Counted from the first letter of the stretch, positions 1-7,165 are shown. The stretch: 16,184 bases of DNA from Armatimonadota bacterium (GCA_038207085.1 JBBRAE010000050.1:1-16184), one strand, 5' to 3'. Translations and numbers: made by a program. The notes: generated by a model from the letters alone, not told the origin.

Positions 1-205
1 GCCGGGCAGCCCCTTATTTTGTAGCTGCTGCATAGGTTAGGCATTTTTCCGCCTTACCTTTCTACGCGCATCGGCGACGCTTCTTAGTATAGATAATCGG
101 CCAAACAGGCCCATATCAAAAGAGCGGACGCCCCTCACGCGGGTGACTTACTTCATATAAAGTTGGTTGGACGCTTATGATGACCCCGTAACTGTTGGTC
201 TGTGT

Positions 206-287
206 GCTAGCCCGCTTTATTCGTGAAGCGTATAAAGCTCTCGCTAGCAAAGCATTATTCACGCTCCTCGTGAATAATGCAGGCTAG
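206..287. repeat. Two adjacent related imperfect palindromes (hairpins) sharing a central GCTAGC
   Basis: 206-248 GCTAGC-cc-GCTTTAT...ATAAAGC-tctc-GCTAGC; 243-287 GCTAGC-aaa-GCATTATTCACG-ctcct-CGTGAATAATGC-ag-GCTAG (perfect 12-bp stem 252-263/269-280). Confidence 0.7.
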
Positions 288-299
288 TGTGAAATGCAT
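255..299 (-). CDS. Putative 14-aa leader peptide MHFTLACIIHEERE
   Basis: ATG at 299, 9 nt after the GGAGG core of a strong SD (AAGGAGGAG, 315-307), directly downstream of the riboswitch; TAA at 257-255. No homology evidence. Confidence 0.3.
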   Translation of the reverse strand: MHFTLACIIHEERE

Positions 300-325
300 T
301 CTGATACTCCTCCTTGATCTCTGGC

Positions 326-420
326 CCCTTCGGCAGCCCGGCCGCCATATCCCTGATGGGACTTAGGCCCGCGTGCTTTGCGTCCCCGCCTTTCAGCGGG
401 TTTGCCGTTATCGGAGTATC
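326..420 (-). ncRNA. c-di-GMP-I (GEMM) riboswitch aptamer, downstream copy
   Basis: Minus strand reads GGCAAACCCGCU-GAAA-GGCGGGGACGCAAAGCACGCGGG-CCUAAG-UCCCAUCAGGGA-UAUGG-CGGCCGGGCUGCCGAAG. It has the GNRA tetraloop, canonical 11-nt receptor CCUAAG/UAUGG, GACGCAAAG junction, and G20- and C92-equivalent ligand contacts. Confidence 0.93.
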
Positions 421-445
421 TACCAGCTCTGTTGTCGGGTCTCGT

Positions 446-637
446 CTATGCTGCTTTTTGTGTGACCCCACACTGAGACTTCTTCGAACTCGTCTCTTCT
501 ACCATCATCCACAGCTTAAGAACTGTAGTGTTTGTTGCCGTCGTTCGTTCGGAACCGACGGTCATTTCCGGCTGGCTCGGCCTGCAGAGTCTTTTTACAT
601 CCGCAGGTGTTGTGAGCGGGTCATACAGCGTCCACAT
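446..637 (-). CDS. Small hypothetical protein (63 aa) between the two riboswitches
   Basis: Strong SD GGGAGGTGA (655-647), 9 nt before ATG at 637; MWTLYDPLTTPADVKRLCRPSQ...; no recognisable domain. Alternative TTG start at 646. Confidence 0.4.
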   Translation of the reverse strand: MWTLYDPLTTPADVKRLCRPSQPEMTVGSERTTATNTTVLKLWMMVEETSSKKSQCGVTQKAA

Positions 638-700
638 GTTAGGCAATCACCTCCCTGTCTGAGAATCGTAAGCGGCCTTCGTCCCTGAAAGACCGCACCC

Positions 701-817
701 AAAAAAGAAATTGCCAGGCTGCTGTAGAACACGCGCGGCCACACCCAGCCCCAACGCCTGCAGCCCGAAATAACGTGGGCCCAGGGTGTTCGCGCATACA
801 CTACGGCAGCCTGGCAA
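701..817 (-). terminator. Long intrinsic-terminator-like hairpin, expression platform of the upstream riboswitch
   Basis: Minus-strand UUGCCAGGCUGCCGUAG (817-801) pairs 16/17 with CUACAGCAGCCUGGCAA (727-711). The interior also pairs (AUGCGCG/CGCGCGU, ACACCC/GGGUGU). Followed by UUUCUUUUUU (710-701). Confidence 0.75.
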
Positions 818-899
818 GCTTTTTTCGGGTGATTGCCCGAATGTTAGCCCCAATGGCTTTGCGTCCCCGCCTTTCGACGGGTTTGCCTTTTTCGATAGC
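800..899 (-). ncRNA. c-di-GMP-I (GEMM) riboswitch aptamer, upstream copy
   Basis: Minus strand reads GCUAUCGAAAAAGGCAAACCCGUC-GAAA-GGCGGGGACGCAAAGCCAUUGGGGCUAAC...UUCGGG/CCCGAA...GCUUGCCAGGCUGCCGUAG. Shares an identical 20-mer (856-875 = 375-394) with the other copy; tetraloop receptor is non-canonical. Confidence 0.88.
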
Positions 900-1040
900 T
901 CTGCCACAAGCCTATCTCAACTTCCAGTAACGTTGTGCCATCAGATTGCAGCCTGCCACCCTGAAGATAATACTGGTTTGTCCCGATTATTACACCAGAA
1001 CGCAGAAATCTTAGTTGTACAAGGAGGGATCGTAGAGTTG

Positions 1041-3341
1041 ATGCACAGAGTAACAAAGCCACTGGCGCTTTTCGTTCTTGCAGCAATACTGGTCCTGTCA
1101 GGATTAGCAGTGTTTGCAGGCACCACCGGAATCATCTCCGGCGTGGTGACCGACGCCACAACGGGAGCAAAGCTCTCCGGCGTTAACATTATGGTGAAGG
1201 GAACCGCGATTACCACGGTTACCGACGCCAATGGGTATTTCGTTATAACAAACGTCCCGCCGGGCGCTTACGAAGTGACGGCGAGCCTTGTGGGTTATGG
1301 CGAATCCCTAAAGGGCGATATTCAGGTCGCGATGGACACAACCAGCGCGACCGACTTTGCGCTTGCCAAGGCGGAGATCGTCGAGCAGGAGGAGGTCGTC
1401 GTCAAGGCGCCAAAGAAACTGATTCAGCCTGACATGATTCCCACGCTCTACATGGTACCCGTAAAGCACGAGAAAATGGTCAAAAGCCAGCCGAACCTGC
1501 TCTACCAGATCCCGGGTCTTGTAGCCACCCAGCCCGGTATCACGATGGACCCCGACGGCAAGCCGCACATTCGCGGCGGACGCGGCGATGAGATCGGCTA
1601 CCTGCTAGAAGGTATCCCCGTGATCGAGCCCGTCACCAACGGTTTCGGCACAAATATGGTCACGGTGGGCCTTAGCAAAATGCAGGTCTACACCGGCGGC
1701 TACCGCGCCGAGTACGGCAACGCGATCTCCGGCGTACTAAACGAGATCAAGAAGACCGGAACCGAAGCTCCCGGCGGCAGTTTTGAGACGACCGGTGGAA
1801 GCCAGGCCTACGGTGGAAACTACGCCGAATACGGCGGAAGCGACGGGCAGGGGCTAGACTACTACTTTGGAAGCTACATTTCAAGGACCCAGTTCGAGCG
1901 CCAGTTCGTAGACGGCGGCGAGACCGCCGACCACATCGGCAAGTTCGTCCTGACACGGGGCGACGACAAGTGGACACTCCTTGCCAACCAGGGCTCGGCA
2001 AGATACTACTTTGACTCCTATCACACAACTTCCTATCACAACGTTGCGGTTCCCCTTGAAGAGGACCATACTCATCAGAGGTACGATCTTTACGGCCTTA
2101 CCTACAGCCACAATTTCAGCCCTTCATCGTTCTTGATGGTAAGGCCTTACAGCTTCAAGACGAGCAACGTCGCCGACGCGGTTGGTCCGGATAGTCCGAT
2201 AGCTAGTTACTCGGAGTACGGGACGAGCCAAAAGGGACTTCAGACCGAGTACACCAATCAGCTGAACTCTACTCACCTGTTGAAGATCGGTGGAAGCGCG
2301 ATTCGAAGCGATAACCGCTACATGCTTTTCTATCCCGGTCTTGGCGACCTATACGGAAGGCCGGAGTTGGGGGATTACGAATTTCTCTCCGACATCAAAT
2401 CGACCCAGTCCGGACTATTCATCCAGGACCAAGCCAAGCTTTCCGACAAGTGGCGAGTTGAAGCGGGATTGCGATATGATGGCATGAACTTCAACCGCAA
2501 AGCGCATGCGGATCTCACCGAGTCTCAGGTCAGCCCAAGAGTCGGCGCAACCTATATGCTCGACGGCAAGAACCTGCTCAAGACAAGCTGGGGCAAGTTC
2601 ATCCAGTTCCCGCCGACCTTCCTTCTTGAGCGGAACTATACCAACGATGGGTGGATCGATTACAGGCCCGAAAGTGCGGATCTTAACCCAGAGCGCAGCG
2701 AGTCTTTTGACTTCTCCTGGGAGCATCAGCTCTCACCGGAGATGCTGCTTCGGGTGACGCCGTTCTACAGGGTCTACTCCAACCTTATGCAGAACCGACC
2801 TTATGACCCGGATAACCCTGAGTCGATAGCCTACGTCTACGACAACCTGGGCGACGGTCGAAGCAAGGGCGTCGAGTGCTACCTGTCAAAGAAGTTCAGC
2901 GGCAAATGGGAAGGGTGGATGTCCTATACCTGGATGAAAGCCATGGCCAACGCCTCCTCCTTCTATTCGCTGATTGATCCGACGGTATGGAGCTACGTGG
3001 ACTGGGACCAGCGCCACACCCTGAACGCTGTTATATCTTATCACCAGAATGTCTGGACCAACGACATCCAGCTCAGCTACGGATCGGGTTACTCCGACGT
3101 AGTCGATGCCGACACAGCCGATCAGCAGAGCCACGGCAAACCTACCGCGGTGCTCTCATGGAACCTCACCCGGAAACTTCCGGAGGGCTCCAAGCTCGGT
3201 AACAGCATGTTCCTGAACGTGTGGAACGTGTTCAACACCTGCAAAGCCACCCGCTACAGGTTTGACTGGGAAGGCAACAGAGTTGAAGACGCATGGGTCC
3301 AGCCGAGATTCATAACCCTCGGCATAAACAGACAGTTCTAA
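1041..3341 (+). CDS. TonB-dependent outer-membrane receptor with N-terminal carboxypeptidase-regulatory-like domain
   Basis: SD AAGGAGG at 1021-1027 before TTG 1038/ATG 1041; signal peptide MHRVTKPLALFVLAAILVLSGLAVFA; GIISGVVTDATTG...TDANGYF...PPGAYEVTASLVGY Ig-like domain; plug motif IRGGRGDEIGYLLEGIPV and GGYRAEYGNAISGVLN; barrel motifs (GLRYD, SPRVGATY, LNPERS); C-terminal Phe. Confidence 0.92.
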   Translation: MHRVTKPLALFVLAAILVLSGLAVFAGTTGIISGVVTDATTGAKLSGVNIMVKGTAITTVTDANGYFVITNVPPGAYEVTASLVGYGESLKGDIQVAMDTTSATDFALAKAEIVEQEEVVVKAPKKLIQPDMIPTLYMVPVKHEKMVKSQPNLLYQIPGLVATQPGITMDPDGKPHIRGGRGDEIGYLLEGIPVIEPVTNGFGTNMVTVGLSKMQVYTGGYRAEYGNAISGVLNEIKKTGTEAPGGSFETTGGSQAYGGNYAEYGGSDGQGLDYYFGSYISRTQFERQFVDGGETADHIGKFVLTRGDDKWTLLANQGSARYYFDSYHTTSYHNVAVPLEEDHTHQRYDLYGLTYSHNFSPSSFLMVRPYSFKTSNVADAVGPDSPIASYSEYGTSQKGLQTEYTNQLNSTHLLKIGGSAIRSDNRYMLFYPGLGDLYGRPELGDYEFLSDIKSTQSGLFIQDQAKLSDKWRVEAGLRYDGMNFNRKAHADLTESQVSPRVGATYMLDGKNLLKTSWGKFIQFPPTFLLERNYTNDGWIDYRPESADLNPERSESFDFSWEHQLSPEMLLRVTPFYRVYSNLMQNRPYDPDNPESIAYVYDNLGDGRSKGVECYLSKKFSGKWEGWMSYTWMKAMANASSFYSLIDPTVWSYVDWDQRHTLNAVISYHQNVWTNDIQLSYGSGYSDVVDADTADQQSHGKPTAVLSWNLTRKLPEGSKLGNSMFLNVWNVFNTCKATRYRFDWEGNRVEDAWVQPRFITLGINRQF

Positions 3342-3371
3342 TTCACCTGTAACACCAAGACGATCAGACGA

Positions 3372-3413
3372 ACAGCAAAAGGCGGTCTCCATTGTGGGGA
3401 CCGCCTTTGCTGT
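3372..3413. terminator. Bidirectional rho-independent terminator between the convergent TBDR gene and pyrF
   Basis: ACAGCAAAAGGCGGTCTCC-attgt-GGGGACCGCCTTTGCTGT GC-rich stem flanked by A and T runs. Confidence 0.85.
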
Positions 3414-3434
3414 GTGTATCGGTATGTGAGCCGG

Positions 3435-4157
3435 TTAGATCGCTGCGGCCATCTCCTCGGCAATCGCCCGAGCCGCTGCGACGGGGTCCTCGGCTTTGAT
3501 GATCGGCCTGCCGATGACGAGATAGTCAGAGCCAGCCGCGATTGCCTTGCCCGGGGTCATAATGCGCTTCTGGTCGCCGATATCAGCGCCCGCAGGACGA
3601 ATCCCCGGGGTGACGATCAGAAAGTCGTCGCCGACCTGCTCGCGTATTCGGTCCACTTCCTGAGGGGAGGCGACCACGCCGTCCATTCCAGCGGATTTGG
3701 CGAGCTTGGCGAGGTGGGTGACGTGCCGGACCGCGCCTGATGAGACTCGGAGCTCGTCGGTGAGCGTCATTGTGTCGATACTCGTTAGAACCGTCACCCC
3801 GATCATCTTCGGGGGCTCGATCCCGAGTTTTTCGGCCTCAGCGCGAGCCGCATCGATCGCCGCGCGCATCATAGCCTTGCCGCCTGAGCAGTGGACGTTC
3901 AGCATCCAGACTCGGTTCTTGACCGCAGCGCGCACGGCTCCCGCGACGGTGTTTGGGATGTCGTGGAATTTGGCGTCGTAGAAGATCTTTTCAGCGCCCG
4001 CGGCACGGATCTTGTCGAAGATGCCGGGCCCTGCGATGTTGAACAGCTCAAGCCCGACTTTGAACACCCCGACCTCGCCCGCAAGCTTCTTCACAAGCTC
4101 GACCGCCTGCTCTTCGCTGTCCACGTCCAGGGGGATGATGATGCGCTCTTTGCTCAA
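3435..4157 (-). CDS. pyrF: Orotidine-5'-phosphate decarboxylase
   Basis: Motifs IIPLD, FKVGLEL, DAKFHDIPNT, VTPGIRP, DQKR, VIGRPI. TTG start at 4157 chosen from SD AAGGAG (4169-4164) next to the pyrD stop. Confidence 0.97.
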   Translation of the reverse strand: MSKERIIIPLDVDSEEQAVELVKKLAGEVGVFKVGLELFNIAGPGIFDKIRAAGAEKIFYDAKFHDIPNTVAGAVRAAVKNRVWMLNVHCSGGKAMMRAAIDAARAEAEKLGIEPPKMIGVTVLTSIDTMTLTDELRVSSGAVRHVTHLAKLAKSAGMDGVVASPQEVDRIREQVGDDFLIVTPGIRPAGADIGDQKRIMTPGKAIAAGSDYLVIGRPIIKAEDPVAAARAIAEEMAAAI

Positions 4158-4167
4158 AAGTCTCTCC

Positions 4168-5079
4168 TTAACTAACTGCGCCAACGAGGCTTTTCACGTC
4201 GGCGATTTTCATCTTTTCCATATAGTCGGCGATCCCGTCGACCACATCCATCGTCGCCGCTGGGTTGACGAACGTTCCCGTGCCCACCGCGACCGCATCG
4301 GCTCCGGCGAGCATAAACTCGACCGCGTCAAGGCCGGTCACAATGCCGCCCATGCCGATTACCGGCACGTTCACAGCGCGGGCGACCTGCCAGACCATCC
4401 GAAGCGCGACGGGTTTGACTGCGGGGCCAGAGAGCCCGCCCGTGATGTTCGCGAGCCTGAACTTGCGCGTCCAGGGGTCGATCGCCGTGCCGAGGAGCGT
4501 GTTTATGAGCGAAAGCGCCTCGCTTCCAGCGGCGACTGCGGCCTGAGCGGTGGCGACAATATCGGTTACGTTCGGGGAAAGTTTGGTGATGACAGTGAGG
4601 TCGGTTGCGCCGCGCACCGCGCGGACTACATCCTGCGTGCCTTCGATAGTCGTGCCAAAGACCATGCACCCCTGTTTGACGTTGGGGCAGGAGATGTTGA
4701 TCTCGATCCCCGCGACACCTTCAGCCTTGTCGAGCTTGCGCGCGACCTCGGCGTAATCTTCGACCGAGTGCCCGACGATGTTGACGATCACCGGCGTGTC
4801 GAACTGCCGCAGAAACGGCAGCTTATTCCTGAGAAACTCATCGACGCCGTCGTTCTGCAGGCCGATTGCGTTTAGCATGCCGGCTGGAGTTTCGGCGGTC
4901 CGTGGCGCGGGGTTTCCCTTCCACGGCACAAGCGAGGTGCCCTTGACGACGATTGCGCCGAGCTTGTTCAAGTCTACGATATCCGAGAGTTCCTTGCCGA
5001 AGCCGAACGTGCCCGACGCGGTCATCACGGGGTTTTTCATCTTGATTCTGCCGAGTTTTACCGCGAGGTTTATTCCCAC
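4168..5079 (-). CDS. pyrD: Dihydroorotate dehydrogenase, class 1B catalytic subunit
   Basis: [32 protein letters not shown] (catalytic Cys), [15 protein letters not shown]; adjacent to pyrK. Confidence 0.97.
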   Translation of the reverse strand: MGINLAVKLGRIKMKNPVMTASGTFGFGKELSDIVDLNKLGAIVVKGTSLVPWKGNPAPRTAETPAGMLNAIGLQNDGVDEFLRNKLPFLRQFDTPVIVNIVGHSVEDYAEVARKLDKAEGVAGIEINISCPNVKQGCMVFGTTIEGTQDVVRAVRGATDLTVITKLSPNVTDIVATAQAAVAAGSEALSLINTLLGTAIDPWTRKFRLANITGGLSGPAVKPVALRMVWQVARAVNVPVIGMGGIVTGLDAVEFMLAGADAVAVGTGTFVNPAATMDVVDGIADYMEKMKIADVKSLVGAVS

Positions 5080-5909
5080 ATCAGCCCCCTTGCATCAAAG
5101 ACGGGGCCTTCAGTGCAGACCCTGTTGTATTGCCAGTCGTCGCATGCCCCGTCGTGGGACTCACACCCCTTGACGACGCACCCCATGCAGACTCCGACCC
5201 CGCAGGCCATCGCCGACTCAAGCGACACTTGGATAGACTCGATCCCCCGCTCGTGGCAGACCTTTGCGACCGCGCGCATCATCGGGATCGGCCCGCAGGA
5301 GTAGACCCGCGTCTCGATTTCGCGATTCCTCGCCTTCAGCTTCTGGTCCAGTAGCTCGGTGATGAGCCCTTTGTAGCCGTAGGAGCCGTCTTCGGTCGCA
5401 AGCTCGACATTCACCCCGTGGGTGACGAACTCGCGCTCGCAGAGGAGCGCCGTCCCGGTCTTTGCGCCGACCAAGACCGTCGCCTGTCCACAGCCGTGGG
5501 TCTGGCAGATGCTGTCGGATAGAAAATGAATAGGGGCCGCGCCGCATCCACCGGCGACCAGAATATGCCTGGCCGATGCGCTTTCTCCGATCTCAAACGA
5601 TGATCCAAGCGGCCCAACGAGGTTCACCGTGTCCCCGACCTTCATATCCATAAGAAGTCGAGTGCCGCGCCCGACCACGTCGTAGAGCAGCGAAAACGTC
5701 CCAGCCTCGGGGTCTACCGCATGCACTGAAAACGGGCGGCGCAACAGTGGGTCATACCCCTCGGCGACCCGGACGTTCACAAACTGCCCCGGTCTTGAGG
5801 TGCGCGCGATAGTAGGCTCGACCAGCACGCTTCTGAAAACGTGCGGCGCGATTTCCGTCTGCTCGATGATCTCGCAGTCGGCTATAATTTTGTTGGTTTG
5901 TTCATTCAT
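5070..5909 (-). CDS. pyrK: Dihydroorotate dehydrogenase electron-transfer subunit
   Basis: PGQFV, LRRPFS FAD motif, VVGRGT, GPLG, AGGCG, CGPIPMM, [2Fe-2S] motif [11 protein letters not shown]...VCTEGPVF. Confidence 0.96.
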   Translation of the reverse strand: MNEQTNKIIADCEIIEQTEIAPHVFRSVLVEPTIARTSRPGQFVNVRVAEGYDPLLRRPFSVHAVDPEAGTFSLLYDVVGRGTRLLMDMKVGDTVNLVGPLGSSFEIGESASARHILVAGGCGAAPIHFLSDSICQTHGCGQATVLVGAKTGTALLCEREFVTHGVNVELATEDGSYGYKGLITELLDQKLKARNREIETRVYSCGPIPMMRAVAKVCHERGIESIQVSLESAMACGVGVCMGCVVKGCESHDGACDDWQYNRVCTEGPVFDARGLMWE

Positions 5910-5927
5910 ATTCGATGTACCCTGAAT

Positions 5928-5956
5928 ATGTTATCACACCCGCTCACTCCTGTCAG
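5928..5956 (-). promoter_or_regulatory. Possible internal sigma70 promoter for pyrK-pyrD-pyrF
   Basis: CTGACA (5956-5951), 17-bp spacer ending in TGa, TAACAT (5933-5928). Confidence 0.4.
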
Positions 5957-6459
5957 GCATTTTGTTGGTGACATTCTGCTACAAGCCTCACAACCTGCTC
6001 ATGCGACAGCCCAGAGCAGTGGATTGTGCAGTCGGCCCATCGATTGTATAGCGGGAACCGTTCGTCGTACATCTCACAAAACGTCTGTGATCCAGGGAGA
6101 ACTACGCCGCGGCTGTCGAGGTTTTCGATTCTTGATAGCAGCGACTCACAGGGCAGATCGAGAGATACTACCGTTCCCATAGACTTGAGATGTTCCATCG
6201 CGAGGTCGCTGTAGACGACGCTGCCGCCGGTCGCGATGACGTGGTTTTCGAACATGAGGTCGAGAATGTAGCGCTCTTCAATCGCCCGAAACGCCGGGAT
6301 GCCGTCGGAGTCGAGAATATCCTGCAGCCTGCGGCCTTCAGCGGCTTGGATGAGGATATCGGTATCGACAAACGGCATAGAGAGCGCCTTGGCGAGCAGA
6401 ACGCCGACAGTGCTTTTGCCTACGCCTGGGGGACCGATTAGGATGATGTTTTTCGACAT
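5953..6459 (-). CDS. aroK: Shikimate kinase (AroK)-family P-loop kinase
   Basis: NIILIGPPGVGKSTVG Walker A, FVDTD, FRAIEE, VIATGGS, R in ERFPLY. Family is clear; substrate is not established. Confidence 0.8.
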   Translation of the reverse strand: MSKNIILIGPPGVGKSTVGVLLAKALSMPFVDTDILIQAAEGRRLQDILDSDGIPAFRAIEERYILDLMFENHVIATGGSVVYSDLAMEHLKSMGTVVSLDLPCESLLSRIENLDSRGVVLPGSQTFCEMYDERFPLYNRWADCTIHCSGLSHEQVVRLVAECHQQNA

Positions 6460-6470
6460 ATGGACATTTG

Positions 6471-6715
6471 TCAGGGACGCCTAACTCGTATGGTGCGCGG
6501 TGAGGCTACGGTTATAGTTCCTTCAAGTGAGTCTAGATCATAGGTCTTGATGACGTCTCTCAGAAGTTCCAAGATCGAGCGCACGCCGTCTTCATCAGAA
6601 CCGGGTCTTTCCAACCGCACATTCTCTGATCCGCCACTGTTAGGGCGTCGTGGCCAGCAGCCTGCAACAGATCAGCAGCCAGTCTGGGCACGTCTTCATC
6701 TATCTTGATGCGCAA
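6471..6715 (-). pseudogene. DUF5615 (PIN-like, VapC45-type) toxin pseudogene with internal frameshifting deletion
   Basis: TTG at 6715 gives MRIKIDEDVPRLAADLLQAAGHDALTVADQRMCGWKDPVL. A different frame from 6596 gives DEDGVRSILELLRDVIKTYDLDSLEGTITVASPRTIRVRRP*. The central segment typical of the family (LVTxDxDF region) is absent. Confidence 0.8.
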
Positions 6716-6726
6716 TCTGGTTTACC

Positions 6727-6801
6727 TCACGCGCTCATAGGGAGCATCATCTCTTGCTTCATCAAATCGGCCGCATAAGAGAGCGCGGCTCTGATGTCGT
6801 C
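6727..6801 (-). pseudogene. C-terminal remnant of a DUF433 antitoxin
   Basis: Reads DDIRAALSYAADLMKQEMMLPMSA*, matching the DUF433 C-terminal EDIxAALxYA pattern. Sits immediately upstream of the DUF5615 gene; has no start or N-terminus. Confidence 0.75.
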
Positions 6802-6830
6802 CTGAAGTCTGTCAGTGGGAGTCTAGTCAA
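6798..6830 (-). pseudogene. hicA: N-terminal remnant of a HicA toxin
   Basis: TTG overlaps the hicB stop (TTGA) and reads MTRLPLTDFRT, resembling HicA N-termini, including the intact HicA here (MTRLPRITA). It then runs into DUF433 sequence. Confidence 0.55.
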
Positions 6831-7045
6831 GCCGGGACCTCGATCTGTTGGAGCCCGACGATCTTGGGCAGCTCGTCAGTGCTTCCACTGTAATCTACAA
6901 GACACAGTTCCAGAACTTCCTTCAGGTTTTGGTGAAGCTCATCAAGGGTTGCTCCTTGGGTATGCGCTCCAGGGATGCTGGGCACCGTACCTACATAGAG
7001 TTTGGTTTCCGGGTCCCACTCAATATATGCCGTGAATGTCTTCAT
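6827..7045 (-). CDS. hicB: HicB-family antitoxin (short, 72 aa), now orphan
   Basis: FTAYIEWDPETKLYVGTVPSIPGAHTQGATLDELHQNLKEVLELCL; SD GAGGTGA upstream. Confidence 0.92.
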   Translation of the reverse strand: MKTFTAYIEWDPETKLYVGTVPSIPGAHTQGATLDELHQNLKEVLELCLVDYSGSTDELPKIVGLQQIEVPA

Positions 7046-7064
7046 TGCATCACCTCTCTGCTAG

Positions 7065-7093
7065 AGTTTACCCCAAACCATTCAGACCGTCAA
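7065..7093 (-). promoter_or_regulatory. Internal sigma70 promoter upstream of hicB
   Basis: TTGACG (7093-7088), 17-bp spacer, TAAACT (7070-7065). Confidence 0.7.
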
Positions 7094-7120
7094 CGAATGT
7101 GAAGCCAGTGTATAGAAGCG

Positions 7121-7144
7121 GCCGAGGCCCCGAAGGGCCCCGAC
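7121..7144 (-). other. Stable cUUCGg tetraloop hairpin downstream of carB
   Basis: GUCGGGGCCC-UUCG-GGGCCUCGGC 10-bp stem with no U-tract; possible mRNA stabiliser, pause site or weak terminator. Confidence 0.6.
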
Positions 7145-7165
7145 ATCAATGCTGATAGCTAAATG

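Noticed and set aside
1..44. Start of the minus-strand target gene (ATG at 44 or 33)
   Set aside because: Both frames are open to the window edge, but the stretch is too short and the SD too weak to call.
206..287. CRISPR array or integron attC site
   Set aside because: Only two divergent units with no spacers, no RYYYAAC/GTTRRRY ends, and no cas or integrase gene in the window.
326..899. c-AMP-GMP (GEMM-Ib) specificity for either aptamer
   Set aside because: Both have G, not A, at the position equivalent to G20 and retain C92, which predicts c-di-GMP.
259..907. ORFs 259-471(-), 314-688(+) and 647-907(-) sharing KGGDAK / FASPPF peptides
   Set aside because: The shared peptides are translations of the duplicated riboswitch core, not protein repeats.
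966..998. Fur box or B12/TPP riboswitch ahead of the TBDR
   Set aside because: Only a GATAAT half-site and a loosely spaced ATTAT are present; no cobalamin or TPP consensus was seen, so the substrate cannot be inferred.
786..1040. 85-codon N-terminal extension of the TBDR ORF
   Set aside because: It is the antisense reading of the riboswitch; the SD and signal peptide point to 1038/1041.
6590..6602. Programmed frameshift restoring the DUF5615 toxin
   Set aside because: There is no slippery sequence, and a conserved central segment is missing, so a deletion is the simpler explanation.
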